This document shows positions 38,386-52,329 of a DNA stretch of 64,000 nucleotides, piece by piece. The translations under genes were made by a program, and so were the position numbers. Within the stretch, counting starts at the first letter, position 1, and every line of letters starts with the position of its first letter. The DNA lies in contig JANJGN010000041.1 in assembly GCA_026770705.1 (NCBI GenBank), positions 1,798,001 through 1,862,000 of the forward strand, read 5' to 3'. Below the pieces are notes generated by a model. The model was not told the origin of the DNA. It ran no database searches and was given only the letters and a program-made list of their open reading frames with translations. The DNA comes from Isurus oxyrinchus (lineage: Eukaryota).

Positions 38386-39019
38386 GTAAGAGCATGAATA
38401 CTACCATTACCGGTATAGATGCATGTTGCCGTTTTTTTATAACGCTGGTTCCAATAACATGACGTCTTTTCTTTACTGCTGGGGAGTCATCAAAGCAGTG
38501 ATATATGTTTAACCATAAGGATAACAGATTTCTTCCTGCTGCTTTACTTTATACTCGGTGGTATCCACTGCTGATAACCTGTTATTGCTTAATGGAATGT
38601 TATGTCACAGGGTGGGCTCTACAATAATTATCAACATCAAGCACAAACCGAATTTCAACTTTTAGAAAATACAATCTCTGAAAATCTGTGCAGGAGAAAA
38701 TTTGCATTCTGCAAAATTCTGCTTGAAATACTTGAACCTATTGTTCATGATTTTCATAAATTTTCCAATATTTAGTGGAACAGAATCCCTGAAGAAAACA
38801 TATGCTTATTACCACAGCGATCCTTTTGCAAATCTGTATGCAGAAAGGATATCGGGAAGTCTGGCTGAAACACATTACCGTGTGTGCTGAATACAATCCG
38901 ATTGTCTATTGAAATGCATTCATTTCTGCAGCCTCATTTATTGACCACCTCAATAAATTTACATGAAGTGTAGTCACTTAAGTAATGAAAAAGATGACAG
39001 GCAATTTTTGTTCCGGAAG

Positions 39020-39320
39020 CTTCCACAAGCAGCAAGTTGATAATGACCAGATGATCCTTTTTTGTGCTTTAGCAGAGGTTTAAATAGTGGTCATGACGCA
39101 AGGGGCTATGGCAATGTTGTTCAGCGAAATAGTGGCATGGAATCTTTGACGTTTAACCTGTGAATCGAATTGACATCTGTTCTGAAAGTTATTACATCCA
39201 ATAATGCAGAACTACTTCACTACGGCAATGGATAATTAGCCGAGAATTTTGATCTCAAGAACTTACACCGGATGTAAGTAATCAAACATCTATCTCAGCA
39301 CGTGGTTTTCTAACTGAGAC
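39020..39320 (-). mobile_element. Deu-domain SINE (SacSINE1/AmnSINE1-like) fragment in the GPCR intron
   Basis: aatgaccagat..gaggtttaaatagtggtcatgac..gaaatagtggcatggaatcttt..aatgcagaactacttcactacggcaatgga resembles the reverse of the DeuSINE core as I recall it. Confidence 0.55.
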
Positions 39321-39569
39321 ATAAGTGGTCCGATTTCGGAAGACCTACGCTCCCCGAGTAGATATCTGGTTCTCATTATTCTGCTCATTTCAATTTCTAG
39401 CCCTGCACTTCCTGCTGTTGAAAACGCTGCTTCAAAATCTAACTGAATTACACTGAGAATTGGAGTGGAGTGATAGTAAGAATTGTCGGACTGCCCTGTG
39501 GCTTTGGGAAACTCACATTGTCACGATACATGGTGGCCCTGACAGAGGGCCAGAGGAGCATAGGAAATA

Positions 39570-40075
39570 CGAGTAGAAGTCAACAATTTGGCAGCACGAG
39601 GGTGCTCCACTGCTCAAGTATACCATGGCTGAAATTATGCCTCCACGATATTCCATGCACTATTCCATACCTTTGTGTGCATTTAATATTTAGAATTCGG
39701 TTCATCAGCACTTTCAACATATTCAAAGACTGCCCGTCAGCCGAGGTTTCCGTATATAAGTTCGAACATTTAACCTTACCTGAGTGATGAAATTCTTCCT
39801 CATCTCAGTTCCAAATTGCAGACCTTTTATTCTGATATTGCTTTTCCTGGTTTTAGACACACCCGCTAGATGAAACATCCATTAAAGATCTACACCGCTG
39901 AAACTTATAAGAATGGTGAATGCTTCAGAGAGATCACTTCTGATTGGTAAAAGCTCCAGAAAGCAGAAGATGAGTCTCGTCAATGTCTCCACACAGGATA
40001 ACACAGTTAAGTACCAGTACCCAAGAAGTATTCTGTTTAACATTCCTTATCGCAGAGCTAGAACAACAACTAATG
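39570..40075 (-). mobile_element. CR1 LINE 3' end
   Basis: gagtagaagtcaacaatttggcagcacgagggtgctccactgctcaagtataccatggctga and gtgatgaaattcttcctcatctcag are reverse CR1 tail motifs. Confidence 0.65.
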
Positions 40076-40099
40076 AAATCTACACCAAAGGAGTAAAGT

Positions 40100-41600
40100 A
40101 GAATGTTTGAAAGCACCACAAACATCACCATAAAGAATCCACATGAAAATTACAAAGTTGCTTATACGCTGGGCTTTGGTTACAATTTGTGGCTGTGCAC
40201 AAATCAGCTCCAGCTGATGGTCCACAGTCCCTTGTAAATGCAGATTTTTTAGTTCTTTATCAAGGTGAATCCTACCCCATTTAGCACAATGGTTGCATCA
40301 CAAAATTGCGGTGGATGGAAGCCCCGATATGAGGGCGGAATTAGTCTGTACGAGGACCATGCCCAGGTCAATCTAATCAAGCATTGAATAGACAGATGGA
40401 CATTTAGTGGGCAGGTTGGTGGAGCAAATTCAATAAGCTTTTTGCACCTGGTTCTTTCCCTGACCACCTGCCAAAGACCCTGTCTAGCACTTAACTTTAT
40501 GACTCTGCCAGCTCGGTCATTAGTGGAGCTACCAATCCTTTCTTGCTCACAGACAACGAGGTCCCCGACGTAACTCACTTTTTTGTTCTTGTCACTCCCC
40601 AAAACGTCGGCCATTAATGATCATTAATTCATCCGCTGAGGGGAACGGTAGGTGGTCACCAGGAGAGGACATTCATTGCCCATGTGATGTCATGAGATTT
40701 CATGTAATTACCACGTGCTCTGAAATGGTGCACACTGAAAGTGTTGCAACATGGTGCTTAGGAAAGCAGTAATGCAATTGAGCACAAGAAATTGGATGGT
40801 TGATTCAACTTTTACATAAGATTATTTCACTCAGATGTTTGCTGATGATTGATAAGAACTTTAAAAGCATTAAGAGGAATTATTCAGTTAGGGATAAAAA
40901 GCTTGATTCATTAAGTTTAAGAATATTTGCAAATCAAGAAGTCTTCTTTGTCCAGGATTAAGTCAATATCCTTGAAGTCTCTTGGAGCGTAAATCATCTG
41001 GACAGGTGTAGCTTATCCCATCAGACTCCTGATTTGTGTATATCAGATGGAGGAAAGGTTTTGTAGAGTAAGGAGTTTCATTGCTCAACATAGTAAGCTC
41101 AGATTCTGAGCAGCCCTTTTAGTCGCAATTTCTTGTCAATGGTTTTTCCAAGGATGTTGAAAATGGGGCCTGAAGCCTGTACATCAGCCTGTTTCTTCAG
41201 TCATTCCTTCAATTCAAGTGCTGAGAATCACATTGTATAAAGACTGGCATCTGGGATGCTTGTCATCCATAGGAGGAGATCGGAATTGTGCATCCACCCG
41301 TTACTTCAGGGTGAATGTGGCTGCAAGTTCTACAGCCATGTATATGCAGTGGTTCGCTGCACTCCACAGTCATTGCCGATGGGGATATTGGTGGAAGCAG
41401 TCCAAAAGTGAGGTGCAGAACTTTCCACGACCATTGAAGTCTTGTGTGACAGGACTTCAGAGCTGAGCTATCGTTATTTGCTAGGAGGATGATGGAGCCC
41501 TGTCTCTCTCATGCTGAATACGCTGTTTTGCCTGCAAGTAGCCCTGTCTTACAATTCACCCGGTTAAGCCCTGTAGTTAGGTATGATCGCTGCTGATGTG
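40100..41600 (-). mobile_element. Family B LINE fragments (endonuclease and RT)
   Basis: ORF 40249-40614(-) QERIGSSTNDRAGRV..ARQGLWQVVRERTR. Confidence 0.65.
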
Positions 41601-42119
41601 GACATATGACAGATGTTGACAAAGTTCCTTCATTTGTGCATTTGACCTCGAAAGCCTGGAAGGATTAGTGCAGAAGTGGCATGGGAACACTCTTCGTTAC
41701 AAAATCCTTTCCAAGTCACACACCAAGCTGACTTGGAAAGACATAACATTTCCCTGACTGTCACTGGATCTAAAACCTGGAAATCCACCGCTCGAAGCAT
41801 TGTGTCTGCACCAGCTTGACATGGACTGCAACATTAGAAAACCTTATTTTCAACGGGGATTCGTGAAAATGGAAGTAAAAGTGCAATTCTTGTCAATGTA
41901 TCCAAAGAAAAGAAAATGTTGCATGATGACGAATCTATGACTATTGATAGCCTTTTTGTATTGAAATGACGGCCCTGGCTGCTTCTTACATTCCCACTCA
42001 ACAAAGATTATCTACAAAATCAATGTTTAAATACGAATTATATCCGGAGTACACTGGCCCCTAACTGAGAACGTATATTTTGATTTCAGTCCTCAATATT
42101 AAATCTTAAACCAGAAGGA

Positions 42120-42826
42120 TTGCCTGGAATTTTCGTCCACACATCGCCCCCTCGCGTCCCAAGCCCCAAATTCCCCACTCTCCAACAACCATCGCCCACA
42201 GAAATGCTGAATCCGCGCAAAGAACATTGACTTGCATCGTGTATGATGACGTCACGTACTTGAATCTCCCAGATGCAGCTGGAGAACAGGCGGGCCCACC
42301 TTTTCCAAGTTAGTAATTAGCAAGTTATTGAGCTTGTGTATGACACAATCGTATGTTTTTTTTCATTGGTGCTCTGCACTTACCGTGGCCCAGAGGAGAG
42401 AGAAAAAAATATTTCTGGGCAGCTACCATCAGGCGAGAATCGCGAGGAAGACAGGTTATGCCTCCGGGACCATGATTGAATGTCGCAACGGCTTGTGCTG
42501 GTGAAGCCTTCATGTTTACTTTTCAGGTTTTTATTTCTTGCCTGAGCTTTCAGGGAAAATTATTTTTTGAAAATCAGTTTCTGAGAGCAAGTGATCTTGA
42601 CCTTGCAGCCATACCGACTTGCTGCTTACAGTATTACTCTCTGCCACATGCTGTTCAGGCTTTCACTGCCGATTGGACGTGTCCCCACTTTGCATCACTC
42701 AATGCCTCCTCCAAGTGGGAATTTAATGAATTGCGGAGCGGGAGATGGTCTAAGGGAGGGTGAGTAGGAAAGGGCTAATTTTGCATTTCTCCAATCTCAT
42801 GCTGCCCCCAAATGTAAAATCCAGAC
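42120..42826. mobile_element. Possible non-autonomous TIR DNA transposon
   Basis: Imperfect inverted ends gcctggaatttt (42122) and aaaatccagac (42816), with a GC-richer interior. Confidence 0.3.
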
Positions 42827-43734
42827 CGCTCTCTACTTATTGTATTGTTTCTTAATGATCTTAAATCACGTTTAGCGGTTTGAACATGCGCCGGAAGATT
42901 TCTGTCACTTCTCTAGAGTAACTGTTGCTGTCGAGCCTGCAGCAATGTGCCATACACACAAACACACTTCAGTGGATCACACTCGGAGTAGTGTTCGCCA
43001 CAGCATTCACAAATTCGCTGAAATGAATTAATCCTTAATGATCTGTTTTGAATGCAAAATATGCCATAGAAAATTGTTGTTTTGTTCTTAAATTGCGAAT
43101 ATAACATTGCTGTTAAAGTGCTATGGATTTGGGACCGTGGAGGAAACTCCATTGCTCTGTCGTTCTTCACACTCAGGTAACGAGTCTGCAGTAACGACAC
43201 CAAGAGGCCCATGAACTGAAGTGCACTGCACCTGCTCCAGGTTCCTTTTCCTAAACACCAAAGCAATAACAGGTCAGAAGCAGATTGCAGTTGCAGAGAG
43301 CAATGGGTCCTTCTGTCGCGTTTATACATGTTGATTTCTCTAATTTATTTATCAGGGAATAATGTTCATAATATATTTGATGACGGTATTCTTAATTTGC
43401 TAGCTAAATAGTTGATAATGGATTGAATAGGTCACTATTTCTTCAGTTGATCATTGAATGGTTCATTTCTGGGGCATTTCAACGTTCAATTCGGAGGAAA
43501 ATTCTGGGAATATACTGATAATTTATTGAATAATAGTTTTGATAATTAATTTGTTCAAACATTGGCTGCTTCATTACACAATTGTTTAAATTACTGTATT
43601 TTTTAAGCCCTTTCCTTATTTACAGTGCTGGCCAGTAGAGTTTCAAGTGCTGATAATTTGACTAAGAATCTTTGTATAATTCACAATAGTGCACGGATAA
43701 TTATGCCTCTCAGTTTAAATGCACGTCATTAAAG

Positions 43735-43737
<3 letters not shown>

Positions 43738-43792
<55 letters not shown>
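43738..43792. repeat. (TA)n microsatellite in the GPCR intron
   Basis: Direct read. Confidence 0.97.
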
Positions 43793-43795
<3 letters not shown>

Positions 43796-46304
43796 GTTTG
43801 ATCAAATAATAATAGGTATTGGGTAAATGAAGGTCAATTTTAATTTTTAACAATTACTTCAAGCTGCAATTGTGTCAAAAAAGCTTTGATTAATAATGCT
43901 TCCATCTTTTCCAGTGTATCCTACATGGTCAACAGAAACTCAAACCTTAATTTTTTATCAATTGCCTGGCGTTTTCAGTGTTGTTTTTGATTTTCTTTGA
44001 CAGCTCCATTAAGGCAATGACTGTTTGCTGCTTGCATTCGAGTTAGAAAACTGTGAATCGAAGGTTGCCAAGTGGGCTGTGTATTTAACGCAAATAGGTT
44101 TTTTTTGTTTGGGTGGTCAAAGCTTGCCAACTTACAATCTGATCCAAAAATGTAAAGACGCTGTTTATCTTTATCCGACTAATTTGTTTTTCATCATTCA
44201 ACGTTCATCTGAATCATTAACCAACAACTTACTGAAATAATATGATCCAAAATGTTACTTCACCACCCCGTTAACAGACGTTCAATGCATTGTTTTTCAA
44301 TAAGTTCAAGTTTGCGAAAACTCTCCGTTCAGTCTGCACCATGTTGCATAGCCATGAAACCAGTTGGTACTTGAAATAACTCTCTGCCTACTCGTCCCAT
44401 TATTTTGAGAATGTGCATTTTCCATTCCCTATTCTGTGCCTCACGAATCTGACCAGAGATTTCAGTTGGAAGGCGATTCAGCACCATTGTCACAGCCATG
44501 TCATCCTATCCTATAGCATCACCACCTGAACTACAAAGAAAATTTCAGCAGCGATCCGATTTCCTACTTGCGATAATAATTCAGGCTAGTGTTATTTACC
44601 TTGCTTTAAAATGCAGGAATTAATTTAGTAAATGTGCGCATCAAGTTGTTACATATCTGGCAGCTAAAAATTAGATTCACTTAGAAACTCTATTCTTCAA
44701 AATTCAAGTGGACCTTTACTAAGTAAACAACAGAAATCGTAATGCAATCTGTGAGTCACGTCAATTTCGCTTGAATTGTATAAATCATTTAATTTAATCC
44801 GTATAAATGTCTGTCTGAAGTTAATCTTCTGCAGAATAATGCACCATTGAATATCTTGGCCTATTCCCTAAAAAGGATCCTGCATTTTGAAAAAAAAAGC
44901 GATATGGATTTTAACAAATAAGGCAACCGTTTTATGAGCCTGCCCAATCTGAAATGAATTCAAACATGGGGCTGGTAGGAGTTAGGTGTTTATCGTCACG
45001 TATTCGACAATTTGTAATTTCATTTTTCTGAACATCTATTAGTCTACAGAATCAAATCGATGTGCCCTTCACTGTCAATCGTTATCCCGCACTTTGTGCC
45101 CAGCAAAAATCAATTTTCAGCTTCACATTTAAAATCACTTCACACGGATGCTGTGCTTGGGACGCAAGCGTCTCCCTCCTGCCCTTTCAGCAACTAAGTG
45201 ATTTGTTTTGCAGCCGATCAATTATTGGGAACTCTGTCCTGTCTACTTGGAAGCAAAACACTAGTTATGACCTCGCTAGGATCACATCTCCGAATGGCTC
45301 AGTAACTTTGCTTTGCAAAAAATGTGCCCCTATGGCCAATAAATATTGCACACTCAATCTGATAGCAAAGTCACCCTTCCCAATCAGCAATTAAAATGCC
45401 CTCTTTTTCAGTACTGAATGCACCCATTCTGCGTAGCAATGTTGTTTTACTCATTCTGCAATAAATTAGCGATGCATTCACATGAAATATTCACAGTGCC
45501 CAGCCAGCATATCAATCTCAGATTACTCAGTCTAACGTAAAGCACATGACTGATCAGATCTCATCATCGAATAAAACTTCTCCCTGGGAACCTGCATAAG
45601 AACGTCACCTAATACTGATTGGCATTGTGCCGCTCCTCTGATGACACCTGTGTAAACTAGCGTTCAGCCTTATCTATGCTGGTCTTTTATGTAGCTCAGT
45701 GACCATTTTCTGGTCCTTTGCCTTTACCATTTCATCTTTACTCTCACAAGCGTTCAAAGTCTGTTCGTGCCGCTGGGCAATATCTTACCTTCAAGCTGCA
45801 GGTCCTGTAGCACAGTAAACCTTCCCAGTACTTATTCACATCTATAGACCACCCAGCACGCCTTTCTCCACTCCCTCTTCCAGAGTATAACTCTGCCAGG
45901 CCTAGATTATATTTTGTGCCTTAATTTCCCCACTTCACATTGTACCAACACATATGACTTGACTCTGTAGACCTCCCCCTTGCCTTTTAATATTCACCAT
46001 GTCATTTGTTTGTGTGTAATCAATTTTTCCAGGTCACATTCGCCCTCAGCAACCTCAATCGTTATTATACAATTGTTGTCCAGTTTACATTGAAGATGTT
46101 GCTTTCAAACGACGAAGTATCAAATGATGTTTTTCGTCCCTATCAAATTTAAGTAGGTCCAGTTTACATTTAGAACATGCTCGCCTCGGAAAGCTGACTG
46201 TGCATTGTTTGGTCAAATGAACGATCCTTTGCCGCAACAGGAAGAAAATTATTCATGTTCATCCGTGTCATCTATCTCCTGCTCTCTCTATCCCTCTCTT
46301 ACAG

Positions 46305-47242
46305 TTAATGTTGTTGCGATTGTGATTCTTTCACGAGGAAAGTGTGGCCTTTCCAAAGGTATTACCCAGTATATGATCGCCATGGCTGCTGCAGATCTCC
46401 TGGTTGTTTGTGCAGAAGTCATACTGAAGAATATATTGGAAATTTATTTACCTGTTTCATTTTTGACCATGAGCACAATGTGCATTCTAACTGTGACTCT
46501 GACTTATGTAGTCACATCAGCCTCTCTCTGGTTCACAGTGGCGTTCACCTTCGATCGCTTTGTGGTCATATGCTGTAAGAAGCTACGAAAAAAATATTGC
46601 ACGGAGACAACAGCAGTAGCTGTCATATCAGTAGTGAGTGTTTTGAGTTGTTTGATAAACATTCCCTGGTACTTCGCATTTGAACCTGCGTATATAATGG
46701 ACAATGTAAATTGTGGTTGTGTCGTAAAACAGACATTTTTCATTTCTGCTGAATGGGCCGTATTTGACATGTTTACCGTTACCTTGACCCCATGTGTTCC
46801 ATTCATTCTAATTTTGTTGCTAAATGTTTTGACGGCAAGACGTATTTTGGCGGCCAGTAAAGTTCGCAGGGGTCTCCGCAGTTGCAGCAATGGAGAACAT
46901 CACAAGGATTCTGAAATAGAAAGCCGAAGAACATCCATTATTTTACTCTTCAGTATAACAGCCAGCTTTATATTGCTCTGGACAACTCCGCTTATATATA
47001 TTTTGTCACTGCGTGTATCCATCACATCAAATTCTGGCACAAATGAGCTTGAGTCAGTTGGATCCATGCTTGGGATCCTCAGTTGCTGCACAAATACATT
47101 CATTTATGTGCTGACACAGGCTAAGTTTAGGGAGGAGCTGAAGAACGGAATGCAGTACCTTGTGAAACTGTGCGTAAACATAGGCAAATTACAGCTGCGA
47201 ACACATTGTTCTTTACAGGAGGACAGAAACTTTCTGCCCTGA
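46305..47242 (+). CDS. Exon 2 of a GPR139/GPR142-like class A orphan GPCR (spliced product 335 aa)
   Basis: Polypyrimidine tract plus acag| acceptor at 46304, then an uninterrupted ORF. Hydrophobic segments TM1-7: MAAADLLV (TM2), FTFDRFVVIC (DRY-equivalent), INIPWYF (TM4), TPCVPFILILLLN (TM5), FILLWTTP (TM6), CTNTFIY..KFREEL (NPxxY-equivalent plus helix 8). Confidence 0.93.
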
Positions 47243-47397
47243 AAGAACTCATGTTAGCGAAATGCTTGTAGAAGCGTTTAAGCGCTCTGGATAATATAAT
47301 ATCCTCCTAAAAATGTTCATTTATGATATAATGTCAAATTGGACTTTTCAAAGTATACTGTAATCTAAGGTGAATTGTAAGTTGTGATAATAATAAG

Positions 47398-47413
47398 AAT
47401 AAATAATAATAAA
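47398..47413 (+). terminator. Candidate polyadenylation signals (AATAAA x2) of the GPCR gene
   Basis: AATAAA at 47398 and 47408, about 160 nt after the stop, in AT-rich context. Confidence 0.4.
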
Positions 47414-50400
47414 AATACAGAACCGCACCTGTTAGTGTTGCAGAGTTTAAAAGGGTCAAATCTGATGCCAGGTTCCCACAGTCTTCTGTTCATTGGAAGA
47501 GCTGTTCTGATCAACATGAGAATACCCGAAACATCACCAGTACATGGGGGAATATTCAGAACAGGTTTTATGAAGTCTGGTACTCTCCAAATATCCAACA
47601 GTTGCATAATGAGCTGCTTCTCAGAGTTCCAAAGAACTCGAATGATTAAAACAAGGAAGGCATGGTCATCACGTGTTTTGTAAAACGACGGTTATTGGCG
47701 CAATTGATCACTCATTCCCACGCTCCATAGGGCTGAGACGAATCCATATATTGTATTCAAATCTATTAAATCCAATTTTCCTACGATTCGTTTGAAAGCA
47801 CTAATAGCTCATACTTGTTTTTCCTCGATTAATGAGGCTACCTCCTCTCCACATGCTCATTCACAACACTGTCTGTTGCATGTTATCTGGTGCCTCCAAA
47901 TAGCTGTGATCATATTTCTTTAATATGTTTGACTTGATAGCCATTCATCAATAACACGTGTGACACTTCAACCAGGTACCTGCACGAATTCCCAGCCAAG
48001 AAACATGTGATCACACATGGCCCTACCATCAACTTCCTTCTTTGTACACCTATGCATACTGAATTTAAAAAAAAATGTAATGTAATTCTTCTCGTCCCAT
48101 ATTCTTATCATTTACTTAGCTTAAATGCCGTTCGTAGAATGCAACCATAGATAGACCACAGCACAAAAGCAGACCATTTGTCCCTTCCTTTCCTTATTGT
48201 ACCACTTCAGGAAGATGCAACCTGTAGGCATTCCACCAGTTACTCTCTGTTATCTGGGTCATTCGCTTTTCTCAGATATTAATCCAAAATCCTGTTGATC
48301 ATTCTTAATTAACCACCCCAATCACCCGGTAAAATGATTGGCCAGAACAACTGCCAATTAAAACAGCATTAAATAGAAAACTACAACCGCTGTCCTTGAA
48401 TAAATTCACGTTTAAAACAAGACAGATTCGGTCATGGCATGAGTGGCACAGCTGGCAAGAAAAGCAATTATTGCCAATCTTTAATTGCTATTACAGCAAA
48501 GCATACGTGATCCTTCGCTTCAAGCAGCTACAGTGTTTCTGATGTCTTCGCAAAGGCTGCTTAGGGTCTTAATTATTAATTGCCCACTCAGCCGGCCCAG
48601 CTACCACTCTTTTCTAAATGCTTGATCTCGCCTTTTGACAACTGCACTTTCTAAATAACCACCCGACCGCTCAGCTTCCAGTCCTTTTAGTTCCTCAAGG
48701 AACTGGAGTTTCGCAAAATAGTGTCCGAGTCTCAACTGAGTTTAGTTCCCTCAACAATGACCTCCTCTCGATCTTAAGTTCGGAAATGGGAATGTTCGCT
48801 CATGGTTGCACAATGTTCAACACAATTCGTGACTCCTGAGATAATGAGGTTGTCCTTTCCCAAATGCAGCATCTTCAGGCTTTGGCTGACATGTGGCCAA
48901 GGACGCTCACACCATACAAGCAACTGGCAATGACTATCTCAAAAAGAAAAAATCAAGCCATCGCCTTTCGACGTCCAATGGCATTACCATCGCCCAAAGT
49001 CGCATTTGCAACATTCTAACGGATATCATTGACCAGAAACAACATAACTGGATTGGCCATATAAACATAACGTCTACCATTGCAGTTCAGATGCAAGGAA
49101 TCCCGCGGCGAGTAACATACCTCCTGACTCCCCAATTCCTTTCCACCGTCTGCAAGGCACAAGATAGGATTGTGCTGGTATACTCTCCACTTGCTTAGAT
49201 GCGTGCAGCTTCAATAGCAGTCAAGAAGAATGATAAAATCTTGGACAAATCAACCGTTGATTGACACCACATGAAAAAACTTTGACTCTCTCCACCACCG
49301 ATGAACAATGGCATCAGGGTTTATTACCTGCAAGGTGCACTGCAGGAATTCTCGAAATCACCTTAGACATTACAGTCCAAGCCCACGACCACAACCATAT
49401 GGAAGGATAATGGGCAGCAGGTGCATGGGAACACAATGCTTTGTAAGTTCCACTCCAAGCTACTCCCCAGCCTGATTTGAAATTATCTACCTGCCCCTTC
49501 ATTGTTGTTGGGTCAAATTCAATGGAACTCCATCCATAACTGCAGTATGGGTATAGGATTACCAGAGGGATTGAGGCGATTCAAGAAGGCAGCTAAGCAG
49601 CACGTTCTATAGAGTACCTACGTCTGGACACTAAATGTGGTGTGAACAATTGACGCCAACACCCTCTTAACGGATAAAAATAAACTATCATTTTGTCTGT
49701 GGCTACACAGCTACTGTGCATCCCATTTCTCTGTTCTAATATAGTTCTAATTGCATGTAATTGGCAAGTGACCCCTCCCACTCCCACAACCCGCGCCTCT
49801 GTCCTCTTTAATGAGCCTAAATGTTCTTAAGCAGCATTATCTGTGATAATTTGTCTATTAATATCTGAAAATCCTCTAGGGCATGTATTCTCTTCATTAA
49901 TCTTCTCTGTTGTAATATCAAAATGCAACTAGTTTGTTGAAGCATGTTCTTATTTTAAGGCATGGTGTTATAAACCATTGATCATTCTTAATTAAATTCA
50001 ATAGTTTCCAATTCCCGGCTAGACTCTTGACAGTCAGGACAGGTGTATTTACTCTTTTACTGCTGCAGCTGAACAGTGAGAGCAGAGATTGAGAGAGAGC
50101 TTGGAGCTGAGAACAAACAGGTGATTTTTCTTTTAAGGGGTCTTTGAGGCACGAGGGCAGAAATATAAAAAGAGCGGGAGCCGGGTTGCCAGAGGAGAGA
50201 TTGAAAAAGAGCTAGAGGGAGATAGTCAAAGCCCAGATTAGAAAGTGGCTGACCTCCCATAACAGAGTTCAAACCAATGGGAGCTAGATAATTTAAAACT
50301 TAAAGGCGGTCTTCTCCCAGAGCAGTGATTTATAAAAGTTCAGGATCTAAATAGCTAGAGCATACTTTAATAAGAAGCAGGAAGTATTAGCTAGGACACG

Positions 50401-50759
50401 GATGGGGTGGGAATTAACAAGTGAGGTTGATAGGAATCCATTGCAATAAGACATGGAGAGTCTACCTGAATAGGCAGGGGATTAGCAGAGGCAATTTAAT
50501 GCGTTAAAATATAAAATCTTACAATTTGGCAGAAGGGGTAGTGAGGGGGAATAAAGACGCAATGTCACTGAATTTGATAGAATGGATGGTCAAATGTGCA
50601 TAGGCGTTGATCTTTGATTGTGGTAGACAGATCCTTGCCTCGGGTATGGAGAATTGCAGCGACAACACCTGGCACCGTACTTTGGGGGAGGGATATGGAC
50701 TGCACTGGGTGACCTTTGAATATGGACGACCTTTCATTTCTGAGTAAGTTTGAAGGTGT

Positions 50760-52290
50760 CTGTTTAAGAGAAATAAATGAGCGCCCTATTCATATTTCGG
50801 TTTCAATGACTAGCACGATCAGAGACAGAGAAAATGGGGGAATGGTGCTCGGGTGCGGAGAAAGTGCAGAAAAAAATAGGATATGATAAGACCCTGAAAT
50901 GTTCTCCAGAAAACTAGAAGGCTTTGAAAAGTTTTTCGGCACGTCTGCAAAATATTGCATTAAGGAACTTCAGCGAATGTACCAGCGAAGAGCCTGGTGC
51001 AAATGAAAAATCGCTGATGTGGCTTCTTGATTCCGCTGCAAATTGTACGTCTCAGAAACCGCCCAGATATGATGGAAGGAATGCTGCAGTGCCTGGAAAC
51101 ATTGCAATGACAGTTGGCAATGTCATCGAATTATCTAAGGAGCAAGATCGAAATCCAACAAATTGAATTAGCACAAAGTCAAGGTTCCCAGAAATGAAGG
51201 CACCAGATGAGTAAGCGCAGGGATAAATAAATAAGGTGAAGAAAGAATGGCAAGCAACTTTGACAGGCATTATTGCAGTCGTCCAGCTCCAGTTGATCAT
51301 AACTCAGAATTTCGATGAACAAATGCAACACCTTATGAACACAGCAATGAAACCTTCCTTGGATTAATTGTCATTAGAGCTAAATTCGACCCAATGATAC
51401 AAGGATATGTCCCATGCATCAAAAACTAATACAATCCTGACCATTTTCTTTGACCTCGCAGTCAAAAAGAACTAATTTCGACGATGGCATCGCAGGTGAA
51501 GAAAATACACATAATTGTAATGGTGAAAGCTGCAAAACACGTTGTGCTTATGCTTGACGGTACCGCTGGTCTGAGTGATGAAGATCAGATATTCGTTGTG
51601 CTTCTTTAGGTTGATCTGACCTCTGAAGATGTGAATCGAAGGGAGTATTTGATTCAGTTTCTGCTGATTCAAGAGAACATTTTGCAAGGCCTAATTTTGT
51701 CAATGATGCGCCAGATGGGCGAGGACGTTAGAGCACTGACTGCAAGAGGCAGTGACATAACAATCGGCTAAACATTAAGGATCAGAAACAAAGGTATAGT
51801 CCTGCCCCCTTCATCACAACCATCGGGGTTTGTTAACTCCACGAGGCTGCCACAAATTGGAAGATATAGTAAAGTATACTTCTAAAACCACCGCATTCTT
51901 TTGGAGCTGTGCCGCGAATTTGAGTAAGTATTTCAGTTTGAAATAATGGTTGACATATATTGAGAGCAGATGCTTCCTGTGTAACGATAAAGTCGTTTTC
52001 AGACTGTTGGTGGCATGTTTAACGCAGAATGGAAATGCAATCTGTTCCAAAACAGCTGATATCAGTCTGAAATTGATTAGAGTTGCTGAAGAATGTCACA
52101 ACTCAAATGTTAATATAGAGGCATATTCCAGGATCAACGACGAAGATGAAGCTTTCGAATTTCGCTTTGCAATGGTTGAGTGGTAGGACAGCATATTCGC
52201 TACAAGCATTGTGACTCAGAACATTCAATCCTTCAAAATGCAGCTTCGTGTGGCTTTAGTATTTCGGAGGGATAGGCGAAAATGAAAAGC
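50760..52290 (+). mobile_element. hAT transposase relic, paralog of 2150-3580
   Basis: GIIAVVQL and FLGLIVIRAKFDP blocks; collinear with copy A. Confidence 0.6.
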
Positions 52291-52329
52291 AGGCTGCATA
52301 GCACTCTTAATAACGGAATATATTATTGT

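Noticed and set aside
46205-46304. N-terminal 33 aa of the 345-aa ORF in the track (MFGQMNDP...YPSLT)
   Set aside because: This is intronic polypyrimidine tract ending in a canonical acceptor. The real TM1 start is supplied by the exon at 38316-38385.
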